The notes: generated from the letters alone by a model not told the origin. Numbered from the stretch's first letter, positions 7,480-17,590 are shown. The stretch: 64,000 nt of DNA from Bacteroidaceae bacterium (GCA_045661225.1 JAZRFF010000028.1:22524-86523), one strand, 5' to 3'. Numbers and translations are program-made.

Positions 7480-9013
7480 TTCCCCAACTTTCACGGTCGA
7501 GGTTGCGGTAGCCTATTGCCTCGGCAATGTGGTGCGATAAAATATTTTCACTTCGGTCGAGGTCGGCTATTGTGCGGGCGACCTTTAGTATGCGGTCGTA
7601 TGCGCGTGCCGATAGGTCGAACCTTGTCATTGCGGTCTTGAGCATCGCAAGGCTTGTCTCGTCGAGCACTGCGTACTTTGCTATGAGCTTGGGTGTCATC
7701 TGCGCGTTGCAGTAGATTCCTTCTTCGTTTCTGTATCGCTCTTCCTGAATTTTGCGGGCTGCAACAACGCGTTCGCGTATCACAGCGCTTGGCTCGCCCG
7801 GTACGGTGTTTGATATTTCTTCAAAAGGCACGGGTACAATCTCTATTTGCAGGTCGATGCGGTCGAGCAACGGCCCGCTTATCTTGTTCAGATAGCGCTG
7901 TACCTGTCCCGGACTGCAGGTGCACTCCTTGGTCGGGTGGTTGTAATACCCGCAAGGGCAGGGGTTCATCGATGCTACAAACATCACTCCTGCGGGGTAT
8001 TCAACCTTGTAGTTTGCGCGTGCCACGCAAATTTTGCGGTCTTCGAGGGGCTGACGCATAACCTCAAGTACGTCGCGGCTGAATTCGGGAAGCTCGTCAA
8101 GGAACAGCACTCCGTTGTGTGCCAGCGAAATTTCGCCGGGCTTGGGATTGCTGCCTCCTCCACACAGGGCTACCGATGAAATTGTGTGATGGGGGCTTCG
8201 GAATGGGCGTTGGGTTATGAGCGACGTGCCGTCGGGCATCATTCCGCTCACTGAATGTATTTTTGTTGTTTCAAGGCTCTCGCTGAGCGTGAGGGGTGGC
8301 AGAATCGATGGCAAACGCTTGGCCATCATTGACTTTCCGCTTCCCGGAGGGCCTACCATAATAAGGTTATGTCCGCCGGCGGCTGCAACCTCGAATGCGC
8401 GTTTGACGCTCTCTTGTCCGCGTACCTCGCTGAAGTCGAATGGGAATGTTGTCTGCCTTGAATAAAAATCTTTCTCAATGTCAACAGTGTAGGGGGGAAT
8501 CTCCTCTTCGTCGTTGAGGAAACGTACTACCTGCATAAGATTTTCGGCAGCGTAAACGGTTATTCCGTCAACGACAGCCGCCTCGGCTGCGTTTCCGTGT
8601 GGCAGAATAACTCCCTCGTATCCCAGCTCCTTGGCTTTTATTGTTATGGGAAGAGCGCCTTTTATTGGCATCAGAACTCCGTCGAGCCCTAACTCACCCA
8701 TAATAAGGTAGCGGCTGAGCTTTGTGGTGGATATAACTTCATCGGCGGCGAGTATGCCCACGGCAATCGGAAGGTCGTATGCCGAACCTTCCTTTTTTAT
8801 GTCGGCCGGCGCCATATTTACAATAATCTGCTTGCTGGGGAAACGCAGTCCGTTATATTGGAATGCGGAGTTTATGCGCTGGTGGCTCTCTTTTACGGCA
8901 TTGTCGGGAAGGCCTACAAGGTAGAATTTTATTCCTCGCAGGGCATTAACTTCAATGGTTACGAGCGTTGCGCTTATGCCTTGTATTGCGGCGGCAAGAA
9001 CTTTTACAAGCAT
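7475..9013 (-). CDS. YifB/ComM-family Mg-chelatase-like AAA+ ATPase
   Basis: 512 aa. Lon-like N-domain (TIEVN...LVGLPD), Walker A GPPGSGKSM, Walker B VLFLDELPEF. Confidence 0.9.
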   Translation of the reverse strand: MLVKVLAAAIQGISATLVTIEVNALRGIKFYLVGLPDNAVKESHQRINSAFQYNGLRFPSKQIIVNMAPADIKKEGSAYDLPIAVGILAADEVISTTKLSRYLIMGELGLDGVLMPIKGALPITIKAKELGYEGVILPHGNAAEAAVVDGITVYAAENLMQVVRFLNDEEEIPPYTVDIEKDFYSRQTTFPFDFSEVRGQESVKRAFEVAAAGGHNLIMVGPPGSGKSMMAKRLPSILPPLTLSESLETTKIHSVSGMMPDGTSLITQRPFRSPHHTISSVALCGGGSNPKPGEISLAHNGVLFLDELPEFSRDVLEVMRQPLEDRKICVARANYKVEYPAGVMFVASMNPCPCGYYNHPTKECTCSPGQVQRYLNKISGPLLDRIDLQIEIVPVPFEEISNTVPGEPSAVIRERVVAARKIQEERYRNEEGIYCNAQMTPKLIAKYAVLDETSLAMLKTAMTRFDLSARAYDRILKVARTIADLDRSENILSHHIAEAIGYRNLDRESWGT

Positions 9014-9024
9014 TGTGGCGGGTG

Positions 9025-10098
9025 TTATTTCTTGTTTTTCTTTTTGTTTTTAAGTTTCTCTTTTTCCTCGAGCTCTTTTTCGTGTTTCCTTGTCATTGAG
9101 TCGATGCGCTCTTGCAAGCGGTTATCCTTTACATCGTACTCGATAATTCGGTTGTAGGGGTTTATGAGCATTGTGTAGGGGATTGACTTTATGTTGAATT
9201 TATTGAGAAACTCACTGCTGAACATATCTTTGTCGTATATATTCTCGCCTTTGATTCTGTTGTGGCTGATGAATTTACGCCACGCAGCCGAGTCGTAATC
9301 GAGCGAAATGTTTACAAGCGTGAACTTGTCGCTTTTTATGCTGTCTTTTATTGCTGACAGACGCTTGACCTTCTCGCAGCTCTCATCGTTCCACGTAGCC
9401 CAGAACGTTAGCAGAATGTAGTTGCCCATCAAGTCGCTTAGCGATTTCTTTTCGCTCTTTGCATTTGTGAATTTCAGTGTAGGCAGGGTTCGGTGTGTGT
9501 TGTTACTACGGTTCCTGTCGATTTTTTTCTTTAGCGAGGTAAAGAATTCGTGGTCCTGAAGAATACCTCCTAACTTGTTCGTGTATGAGCGTATCTCTCT
9601 GTTGTCGGGCGATGGTATATCGACCAAATAACGGCGTATAATCTCAATGTTTACAAGGCTTATGGGGTTTTTGTCTATAAAAGAGTCTATTCTTGCGTAT
9701 TGCTCTTTTTTTAGCTTGCAGGCATCGAGTATTCTTGATATACTATCGTGCAGCGCTTGCGGCCTGCCACCCTCTATGCTCCAACCGCTCCTTAAAGTGC
9801 TGTCGCTCTTGAGTAGCGCCTTGATTTGTGGCTGGGCATACACCGGCACGTATCGTCCGTCGGGGGTTATGAGCGCGAGTGGGGTCAGTGTGTCTACGGC
9901 AATGGCAAACTCAAAAAAACCCTCGTCGTCACAGATGGCTGTATCGACCTTCTCGTACCGGCTGTCGGTGCCGTGAAGGTATACCGCCGCTTCGGGCACG
10001 CCGGTGTTGCCTGTGAGGGTGAATGTCCTCGACTTTTCTATTTTGGAGCAGGCGAGGAGTGTGAAAAGAATGAGTATGAACGCTGCGGCTCTCTTCAT
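9025..10098 (-). CDS. Thioredoxin-fold lipoprotein (DUF4369 + TlpA/AhpC-like domain) with a degenerate CXXC motif
   Basis: I prefer the start at M12 (ATG 10096-10098). Lipobox LLACS. The thioredoxin-like core reads LLTFWATWNDESCEK where TlpA-type proteins have W-C-x-x-C. The C-terminus has a K/E-rich tail. Confidence 0.65.
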   Translation of the reverse strand: MKRAAAFILILFTLLACSKIEKSRTFTLTGNTGVPEAAVYLHGTDSRYEKVDTAICDDEGFFEFAIAVDTLTPLALITPDGRYVPVYAQPQIKALLKSDSTLRSGWSIEGGRPQALHDSISRILDACKLKKEQYARIDSFIDKNPISLVNIEIIRRYLVDIPSPDNREIRSYTNKLGGILQDHEFFTSLKKKIDRNRSNNTHRTLPTLKFTNAKSEKKSLSDLMGNYILLTFWATWNDESCEKVKRLSAIKDSIKSDKFTLVNISLDYDSAAWRKFISHNRIKGENIYDKDMFSSEFLNKFNIKSIPYTMLINPYNRIIEYDVKDNRLQERIDSMTRKHEKELEEKEKLKNKKKNKK

Positions 10099-10099
10099 C

Positions 10100-11899
10100 T
10101 TATATCTGCTTATTGGCGCGCTTGCGCTCAATCTCGTCGAGGATAATCTTGCGCATACGCATTGATTTTGGTGTTACCTCAAGGTATTCGTCCTCTTTTA
10201 TGTATTCAAGAGCCTCTTCGAGCGAGAATACGATAGGCGGAATGATGCGGGCTTTGTCGTCGGAACCGCTGGCGCGCATATTGGTGAGTTTCTTGCTCTT
10301 GGTGACGTTTATCACAAGGTCATTCTCGTGAATGTGCTCGCCGACAACCTGACCGGCGTATACATCTTCCTGCGGGTTAATGAAGAATTTTCCGCGCTCC
10401 TGCAGCTTGTCTATGGCGTATGCGAATGCTGTTCCGCTCTCCATTGCCACCATAGAACCGTTGGTGCGGCGCTCAATCTCGCCCTTGTAAGGCTGGTACT
10501 CCTTGAAACGGTGTGCCATAATAGCTTCTCCGGCCGATGCTGTAAGTACATTGGTGCGAAGACCGATGATTCCTCGTGAAGGAATGTTGAACTCGATGTT
10601 TACGCGGTCGCCCTGTGCTTCCATCGATAGCATCTCGCCCTTACGGCGTGTAACCATATCTATAATCTTGCTCGAAAAATCTGTAGGTACGTTTATTGTG
10701 AGCTCCTCGATAGGTTCGTGGCGTACTCCGTCAATTTCTTTATATATAACCTGTGGCTGTCCCACCTGCAGTTCGTAACCTTCGCGGCGCATAGTCTCAA
10801 TGAGTACTGACAGGTGCAGAACGCCACGTCCGAACACGGTCCAGGCGTCCTCGTCGGGGTCTTTCTTTACTCTAAGGGCAAGGTTCTTGTCAAGCTCTTT
10901 GTCCAAACGCTCTTGAATGTGGCGCGATGTAACGAATTTGCCCTCCTTGCCAAAGAAAGGTGAGTCGTTGATTGTAAAGAGCATACTCATTGTTGGTTCG
11001 TCGATGGCGATAGGCGGGAGCGCTTCGGGGTTCTCGAAGTCGCAAATGGTGTCGCCAATCTCGAACTTCTCGAGACCTACGATGGCGCAAATGTCACCCG
11101 ACTCAACGCTCTCTGTCTTTTTGCGGCCGAGGCCTTCGAATGTGTGCAACTCCTTGATTCTCATCTTGCTTTCTTCGCCGTTGCGGTTTACGAGTGTGAT
11201 GTTGGCACCTTCGGTAAGTGTTCCTCTGTGCACGCGGCCTATGGCAATGCGTCCGGTATAGGGTGAATAGTCGAGCGAGGTGATGAGCATCTGTGGCGTA
11301 CCCTCTAATTTCTCGGGTGCGGGAATGTGCTCGAGAATGGCGTCGAGCAACGCTGTAAGGTCGGTAGTCTCCTTGCGCCAGTCGGTGCTCATCCAGTTGT
11401 TCTTTGCCGAACCGTAGAGCACCGGAAAATCAAGCTGCTCCTCGGTTGCTTCAAGTGAGAACATAAGGTCGAAAACCATCTCGTACACCTCTTCGGGACG
11501 GCAGTTGGGCTTGTCGACTTTGTTCACGACAACGATAGGCTTAAGACCTATCTGCAACGCCTTCTGCAACACAAAGCGTGTTTGGGGCATAGGTCCTTCG
11601 AACGCGTCTACAAGCAGAATACAGCCGTCGGCCATATTAAGCACGCGCTCAACCTCTCCACCAAAGTCGCTGTGTCCCGGAGTGTCAATGATGTTTATCT
11701 TTGTGTCCTTGTATTGTATGGATACATTCTTTGATAGAATGGTTATACCTCTTTCACGCTCAAGCTCGTTGTTGTCAAGAGTCAGCTTGTCGTTGTCCTG
11801 CTCCTTGAGAAGGTTGCCTGCAAGCATCATCTTGTCCACGAGTGTGGTCTTTCCGTGGTCGACGTGCGCAATGATGGCGATGTTACGTATGTTCTGCAT
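10100..11899 (-). CDS. typA: Translational GTPase TypA/BipA
   Basis: 599 aa. IRNIAIIAHVDHGKTTLVD, DTPGHSDFGGEVER and NKVDK G-motifs, with collinear BipA architecture. Confidence 0.95.
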   Translation of the reverse strand: MQNIRNIAIIAHVDHGKTTLVDKMMLAGNLLKEQDNDKLTLDNNELERERGITILSKNVSIQYKDTKINIIDTPGHSDFGGEVERVLNMADGCILLVDAFEGPMPQTRFVLQKALQIGLKPIVVVNKVDKPNCRPEEVYEMVFDLMFSLEATEEQLDFPVLYGSAKNNWMSTDWRKETTDLTALLDAILEHIPAPEKLEGTPQMLITSLDYSPYTGRIAIGRVHRGTLTEGANITLVNRNGEESKMRIKELHTFEGLGRKKTESVESGDICAIVGLEKFEIGDTICDFENPEALPPIAIDEPTMSMLFTINDSPFFGKEGKFVTSRHIQERLDKELDKNLALRVKKDPDEDAWTVFGRGVLHLSVLIETMRREGYELQVGQPQVIYKEIDGVRHEPIEELTINVPTDFSSKIIDMVTRRKGEMLSMEAQGDRVNIEFNIPSRGIIGLRTNVLTASAGEAIMAHRFKEYQPYKGEIERRTNGSMVAMESGTAFAYAIDKLQERGKFFINPQEDVYAGQVVGEHIHENDLVINVTKSKKLTNMRASGSDDKARIIPPIVFSLEEALEYIKEDEYLEVTPKSMRMRKIILDEIERKRANKQI

Positions 11900-12029
11900 A
11901 ATATATTGTGGATATTTTGTTCAAACTGTTTTTGTATTTGCCCGGTGTAGATGCGTTCCTTTTTGTTAATGTGTCGTTACTTTTGTCCGGCGACGACGGT
12001 TATGCGGGCCGCAAGCGCGCGAGCGCTTG

Positions 12030-12037
12030 CAAAGTTA
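12030..12037 (-). promoter_or_regulatory. Putative -7 box for typA
   Basis: TAACTTTG on the minus strand, about 130 nt upstream of the typA ATG. Confidence 0.35.
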
Positions 12038-12176
12038 CAACAAAAAGAGCAAACTTGCGTTATTTTGCTCTGTGATTATAATGAATATACTCAAATAAAT
12101 AAAGTACCGCAATAGCCTTTAAAAGGCAAAAAGCGAAAAAAAGTCGGAAAGTGATTGCCAATCCGAAAAAAGGTTG

Positions 12177-12184
12177 TATCTTTG
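12177..12184 (+). promoter_or_regulatory. Putative -7 box for rpsO
   Basis: TATCTTTG (TAnnTTTG), 42 nt upstream of the ATG at 12226. Confidence 0.5.
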
Positions 12185-12225
12185 CAACCGCTAAAAGAAT
12201 TTTTAATCATTTAAACATCAAATCT

Positions 12226-12495
12226 ATGTATTTGGATTCTGAGAAAAAGAAAGAGATCTTTGGCACATACGGAACGTCTAACACTGATACTGGTTCAGCT
12301 GAGAGCCAGATTGCTTTGTTCTCATACCGTATTGCCCATTTGACGGAGCACCTTAAGGCTAACCGTAAAGATTATAGCACACAGAGAGCTTTGACAACAT
12401 TGGTAGGTAAGCGTCGTGCGCTCCTTAACTATCTTAAGGACCGTGACATCAACCGTTACCGTGCAATTGTTGCTAAGCTTGGCTTGCGTAGATAA
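12226..12495 (+). CDS. rpsO: 30S ribosomal protein S15
   Basis: 89 aa from the ATG at 12226 (MYLDSEKKKEIF...GSAESQIALFSYRIAHLTEHLK...D..S.R.L..LVGKRR.LL.YL). The longer tracked ORF is an upstream extension. Confidence 0.95.
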   Translation: MYLDSEKKKEIFGTYGTSNTDTGSAESQIALFSYRIAHLTEHLKANRKDYSTQRALTTLVGKRRALLNYLKDRDINRYRAIVAKLGLRR

Positions 12496-12514
12496 TCTGC
12501 GCCGGAAAAGGCTT

Positions 12515-12547
12515 GCGGGACTTTCGAAAGAAAGTCCCGCTTTTTTT
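12515..12547 (+). terminator. rpsO rho-independent terminator
   Basis: GCGGGACTTTC-gaaa-GAAAGTCCCGC followed by TTTTTTT. Confidence 0.75.
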
Positions 12548-12617
12548 ATTCTCTGAATGAACGTATCGCCTTCTTTTGGAACGGCGCTAATCTCGTTTAT
12601 AATTCAGGGGCAGTCTT

Positions 12618-13913
12618 TTATACAGCTTTTTTGTTGCGCTGTAGCAGGATAGACAGAATAATGAATGCTCCCACCAGCATAGGGTAGTACAGGTGTGGAA
12701 TAATTGCTACAGGCGACACCTTGGTGAGCCCGGCTGCCATAAGCAGTTGTGCGCCGTAGGGTAACACTCCCTGTACAAAGCACGAGGCGGTGTCCAGAAG
12801 GCTTGCCGAACGTCTGGGTGCTATTTTAAACGTGTTTGCAATATCGCGTGAAATATCGCCCACTGTAAGTATGGCAATAGTGTTGTTTGCAGTGCAGATA
12901 TTAGCCATAGCGGTGAGTGCCACAATGGCAAATTCGGCACTCTTCTTCGATGCTATGCGTGCGGTGGTGAGCCCTATGAGGTACTCTATACCGCCGTTTA
13001 TGCGTACAATCTCCAGCAGTCCGCCGGCAAGCATCGTTACAATAATCAATTCCCCCATTGACAATATTCCGTTGCCGATGTGTGAGAATAGTTCAAATTC
13101 CCCGAAACTGCCATACGTCAATCCCATAGCTCCCGACGCTACAATTCCCGTAACAAGCACTGTGAGTACATTCACCCCGAACAACGCCGATACTATCACT
13201 ATAATATAAGGCAAGCATTTAAGGGCTTCGACGAGTGTTATTGCAGGTGCAGCAACCTCCTTTGCGCTGTTCCCGCTGAATGCATATATGAGCAACGTTA
13301 TTATGGCCGCAGGGGCAACGAGCCTGAAATTTGTATAGAATTTGCTACGCATTGAGCAACCTTGTGTCTGTGTGGCGGCAATGGTCGTGTCCGAGATAAA
13401 CGACAGGTTGTCGCCGAAAAAAGCACCTCCAACAACAATGGCTACAAGCCACGCAGTGTCGAATCCTGTCTGTTCGGCAAGCGTGTTTACCATTGGAGCA
13501 AGCGCAACGATTGTGCCCACCGATGTTCCTATGGAAAGTGATATAAAGCAGGCGGCAGCGAAAATACCGGCCGGAAGATAGTTGGCCGGAATGAATTTCA
13601 GAGTTATTGTCACCGTAGCGTCTACAGCGCCCATTGCCTTTGTTATTTGTGCAAAGGCACCCGCAAGCACGAATATCCACACCATATACATTATGCGGGA
13701 ATTTGCGGCACCGCCCGAGAAACTGTTTACGCGCTCCTCAATGCCTCCGAAACGCGATATTGCAATGGCATATATTGACGCAGTCAAGAATGCAACTGTT
13801 ATTGGAATGCGGTAAAAGTCCCCTGCAATGAGCGAACCTACAAGGTACACAGCCAACAGTACAATTATAGGCGATATAGCAGTGAGTCCGCGCAGAATGT
13901 TGTTGCTTTTCAT
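12618..13913 (-). CDS. NhaC-family Na+/H+ antiporter
   Basis: About 431 aa from the ATG at 13911-13913 (MKSNNILRGL...). Polytopic and glycine-rich, with NhaC-like segments. The 17-codon upstream extension was rejected. Confidence 0.75.
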   Translation of the reverse strand: MKSNNILRGLTAISPIIVLLAVYLVGSLIAGDFYRIPITVAFLTASIYAIAISRFGGIEERVNSFSGGAANSRIMYMVWIFVLAGAFAQITKAMGAVDATVTITLKFIPANYLPAGIFAAACFISLSIGTSVGTIVALAPMVNTLAEQTGFDTAWLVAIVVGGAFFGDNLSFISDTTIAATQTQGCSMRSKFYTNFRLVAPAAIITLLIYAFSGNSAKEVAAPAITLVEALKCLPYIIVIVSALFGVNVLTVLVTGIVASGAMGLTYGSFGEFELFSHIGNGILSMGELIIVTMLAGGLLEIVRINGGIEYLIGLTTARIASKKSAEFAIVALTAMANICTANNTIAILTVGDISRDIANTFKIAPRRSASLLDTASCFVQGVLPYGAQLLMAAGLTKVSPVAIIPHLYYPMLVGAFIILSILLQRNKKAV

Positions 13914-13961
13914 ACTTAGTGTTTTTTCAGTGTGCGAAGATAAGAAAAAATACTGTTTATA

Positions 13962-13994
13962 CAAAAAAGTGGTGCGCCTTCACAGGCGCACCAC
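13962..13994 (-). terminator. Terminator of the PUL operon
   Basis: GTGGTGCGCC-ttcaca-GGCGCACCAC, followed on the minus strand by TTTTTTGT. It lies 25 nt downstream of the GH85 stop codon. Confidence 0.65.
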
Positions 13995-14018
13995 CAATTG
14001 ATTATCTTTTTCTCTCGG

Positions 14019-17000
14019 TTACTTTACAAGAACCTTTGCCGAGCGAATGATATTGTCGTTCTGCATCTTTACAAGGTATGTACCGGGCTCAATGGCAATC
14101 TTGGCAGGTTTTTCGGCAAACTCTACCAAACGACCGTCGATGGTGTAAACCCAAGCAACCTCGGCATTCTCAATAATGATAGCGCCTTCTGTACCTTCGG
14201 CCTTAGAAACCTCGACAGCCTCAACCTCCTCGACACCGGTAGGAGCGTTAACGCCCTCGGGCTCTTCGGCTATACCCTGGTCGCGTGTGTCAACAATGGT
14301 ACGTCCGGGGTTTGTACCCTGAATCTCTGCGTTGAAGTCTATTGTGAAACCCTTTGCGTGGTAGCCAACAGGGCTGAACATTCCGGCGAACCAAGCGTCC
14401 GAGAATACAATGCGCAGACGGCTTGAGCCTGGTGTCGCGTTTTCTGGAACTTTGAATGTAAACGTGACACCGGTTGTCTGGAATGCTTCAGTTGCCTTAC
14501 GAGCAGTTCCTGCAAAGAATATGCGCTCGCCCTCGGGGTCGGTTGTTGTCTTTCCTGTCTCAATCTCGCTTTGGTCTCTCTTTACCGGCAATGGCTTGTC
14601 AAAGTCTCCACTACCGTTGAGGTCCAACCAACCGCCTGCAAAGCAGTACTTCAAACCGTCGCTGGTGTCCGCACCCTTTAGTGTTATCTGAATTTCCTGA
14701 CCTTGTCTCACAATCAGTGTGTGGTCAAGAGCATCGGCATACTGTGTTCCATCGAGCACAGGCTTGTCGGCTGTGTAGTTGATGTTCTGTACAGCACCAG
14801 TGGTCTTAACCTCGGTTAGGTAACGCTGCTCGCGTGCAATGTCGGCACCTTCGCAGTATTCGTCCATCTGGCTAATACCGTAACCGCCTACTCTGTCTTC
14901 TTTTACAGGAAGCTCGCTTTGAGCTGCACGGTTAACTTTTGTCCAGATAGTTGGAGAATAGGTCTTTTTGTCAAGAGAAATGGCACGTACACCAATGTAG
15001 GGAACGTCGTTCACGCTCTCAAAGTCGATGTTTGGAATAAGTGTAGCCCACTGCGATGTTGTACCGATTTTCGATATACGTCCCTCTTCGCCAATCTTCA
15101 AAAGAATCTCGAAGTGGTCAATGTTGGCCTCGTCGTTGTAGAGCAATCCCCATTCTGCGCGGTCTTGTGCCTCGGCATCAACTTCCCAGTGCAGCTTAAC
15201 GGCCATTGAGGTCTTGGTTTCCTTCTTCACATTAGCAACAATGTTCTTTACATTTGCAGGTGTGATGGTGCTGTCGTCGTTAAGTTCGAGCTTACCGATG
15301 TACAACTGATAGTTCTCTTTGTTGCCCTTTACGCGGAAACCTACACGCTCTACAACGTCGTTGTTGTTAAGACCATTGAGAGCAATCTTTTTCTCTTCCC
15401 AAGTGTTGCCGGCAATGTCTCCGTATGGGAATTCAAGCCAGGTGTCGCTGCCTTTTTTCTTGAGAATGAGGTAAAGGTTCGATGGCTGTGCGCCGTTGAG
15501 GCTTTTTACTGCAATGTTGGCATATGGGTTGTGACCCTCGACCTTAAGGCTTGTCTTGTAGAGCACAATGTCGGTGCCGCTTGTTTTTGCAGTACCGGTA
15601 AGTTCAATTGATGAACCTCCTGTGTATGCATCGAGGTGTGTGTAGTTAACGTCAATGTCGTAGTTGGCGTTTGTTGTGCCACTTGTGTAACGCAACCAAC
15701 GGTATGTGGGCACAATGTCCTGTGCACCCATATTGTACCAGTTGCCGGCGTAAGACTTCTTACCTTTGTAGAAGTAACGGTCGCCGTTACCCAGTGTAAA
15801 GTGTGTAAGGAAGTGGAATCCACCCTGAATAGCCGAACGCTCAGGAATCCAGTTTGCAATACCGGCAAACTCCGATAGTGGCAATGGATAATCCTTTGTG
15901 GGTTCCCAGTGTATTTTGCCGCTATTCGCTCTTGTTACCGCAGGACGGTCTATCGGGTTGCGCTTGCCACCCGACATTGCGCGCTCGAGCAGACGCTGGT
16001 AGTTACCCTGAATGTCGTAAGTACCGTCACCGCTATTGTAACTCATAAAACGGCTTTGACCGTGCTCGCCCCAAAGACAGATACCAATTTTGTGTGCATA
16101 GCTGTCATACTCAAGGTTGTTCCAGCTGCGGTCCATACCCGCAATCCAAACACCGGTGTAAAGACCATCGGCTGTGCCACAATTCAATTCTGCTGCTTTT
16201 ACCGAATTTGACATATTATAACCACCGGTAAAGTCACCATTGCTATAGTTTAGCATCAGGTCGTGAGTCTTACCTTCGCTGTTTCCCAAAAGAGCGTTTG
16301 TTTGTGCCGTGTTGTATGGAGAAAGACCAGCTACTGCTGTATATATTGCACTATGGTAGTTTGTGAAACCAACCTCGGCTGCATATTTCCAAAGCTCCTT
16401 GTGTACAGCTACAATATCTTCATTTGAAAAACTGTTATCCTCCCAGTTGTAGTTGATACCGTCCGAACCAAGGAACATTAAAATGTGAATGAGAGGACGT
16501 ACATATTTAAATGTGCCGTCGCTGTTCTTCTTTGTGATGAGTGCACTATATTCTTTGTCGTTACCGCCCGGTGTCCAGCTCTCGAAGAATGCAATACCGC
16601 TCATAATGTCGGTACCGTTGCGGTGTGCTGCGTCGACCCAAGAACCGGGGGCTGTAAAGAATCCGTGGTTCCAGCTACCAAAGAGGTTGGTGTACTGCCA
16701 CATTGAGAATACGTCTGAACCGAACTTGCCGTTGGGGTGTCCAACACCGTGGTCTTTACCAATGTCTGTTGGAATGTTCAGGAACAGGTTGCGTCTCTCA
16801 TAGGTCTCGGGGAGAAGGCGGTCGGCGCGGTCAAGAATCTCGGCACGACGAACGTGTGAGCGTATGAACGCAAGGTCCGAAGGCAGAATACCAATGCCCA
16901 TCAACTCTTCGTCTGTGGGGAACTTGCGACCCTTCTGGTCAACCTCGTAGAAAAGGTCCATAAGGCGCTGAACATCGAATCCCGAAAAATCGTAGAACGC

Positions 17001-17531
17001 ATCGGGGTCGTCCTCCTGGCCTGTAATGTCCTTCCAAGGCTCTTCGCCTACAATGTCAATAACGTAGCTGTTACCGGCATCGGTTGTGTTCCAACCATCA
17101 ATAATCATACCCGTGGGCTTTTGATTAGGGTCCTGCGAGTTCATATATAAATCGCCTAATCCCAATTTCCAGGGATAACTGTTGTTACCCGATGCTTCTA
17201 TTTTTAATTCGGTACTCGAGAAATATCCGTACACACCCGAAGCGCAAACGTATTTGTTGGCACCGATGCTGAACAGGTAGTACTTTTTCTCCTTTTCAAT
17301 GATTCGGAACTGTTGGTTGGGGTCGTTAGCGTCTTTGCTTACACTGCCGACCTCTGTTCCTGAACTGAATGCAATACTGTTCTTGAAATTGTCGCTGAAC
17401 ATCAAGAAACCTCTTGCACTGCTGATGGTCACAATCTTGTCGTTGCTGAGTTGTGACAGAGCTGTTAACTTCTCGGCGTGCACTGTGGTCAGGCACAAGA
17501 TGCTGAGAAGGGTTAAAAGAGTCTTTCTCAT
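14019..17531 (-). CDS. Secreted multi-domain endo-beta-N-acetylglucosaminidase, GH85-like, with a T9SS C-terminal sorting domain
   Basis: 1170 aa with a signal peptide. The GH85-like core reads WQYTNLFGSWNHGFFTAPGSWVDAAHRNGTDIMSGIAFFESW ... GSDGINYNWEDN (N-x-E catalytic pattern). A GEVED-like segment (GGWLDLNGSGDFD) follows. The last roughly 70 aa look like a Por/T9SS CTD (VAWVYTIDGRLV...GTYLVKMQNDNIIRSAKVLVK). Confidence 0.65.
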   Translation of the reverse strand: MRKTLLTLLSILCLTTVHAEKLTALSQLSNDKIVTISSARGFLMFSDNFKNSIAFSSGTEVGSVSKDANDPNQQFRIIEKEKKYYLFSIGANKYVCASGVYGYFSSTELKIEASGNNSYPWKLGLGDLYMNSQDPNQKPTGMIIDGWNTTDAGNSYVIDIVGEEPWKDITGQEDDPDAFYDFSGFDVQRLMDLFYEVDQKGRKFPTDEELMGIGILPSDLAFIRSHVRRAEILDRADRLLPETYERRNLFLNIPTDIGKDHGVGHPNGKFGSDVFSMWQYTNLFGSWNHGFFTAPGSWVDAAHRNGTDIMSGIAFFESWTPGGNDKEYSALITKKNSDGTFKYVRPLIHILMFLGSDGINYNWEDNSFSNEDIVAVHKELWKYAAEVGFTNYHSAIYTAVAGLSPYNTAQTNALLGNSEGKTHDLMLNYSNGDFTGGYNMSNSVKAAELNCGTADGLYTGVWIAGMDRSWNNLEYDSYAHKIGICLWGEHGQSRFMSYNSGDGTYDIQGNYQRLLERAMSGGKRNPIDRPAVTRANSGKIHWEPTKDYPLPLSEFAGIANWIPERSAIQGGFHFLTHFTLGNGDRYFYKGKKSYAGNWYNMGAQDIVPTYRWLRYTSGTTNANYDIDVNYTHLDAYTGGSSIELTGTAKTSGTDIVLYKTSLKVEGHNPYANIAVKSLNGAQPSNLYLILKKKGSDTWLEFPYGDIAGNTWEEKKIALNGLNNNDVVERVGFRVKGNKENYQLYIGKLELNDDSTITPANVKNIVANVKKETKTSMAVKLHWEVDAEAQDRAEWGLLYNDEANIDHFEILLKIGEEGRISKIGTTSQWATLIPNIDFESVNDVPYIGVRAISLDKKTYSPTIWTKVNRAAQSELPVKEDRVGGYGISQMDEYCEGADIAREQRYLTEVKTTGAVQNINYTADKPVLDGTQYADALDHTLIVRQGQEIQITLKGADTSDGLKYCFAGGWLDLNGSGDFDKPLPVKRDQSEIETGKTTTDPEGERIFFAGTARKATEAFQTTGVTFTFKVPENATPGSSRLRIVFSDAWFAGMFSPVGYHAKGFTIDFNAEIQGTNPGRTIVDTRDQGIAEEPEGVNAPTGVEEVEAVEVSKAEGTEGAIIIENAEVAWVYTIDGRLVEFAEKPAKIAIEPGTYLVKMQNDNIIRSAKVLVK

Positions 17532-17590
17532 CTTTTTAATAATTAGTTAGTATAAAGTTTTTTATCTCTCCAATGTATGCTTGTTTCTTG

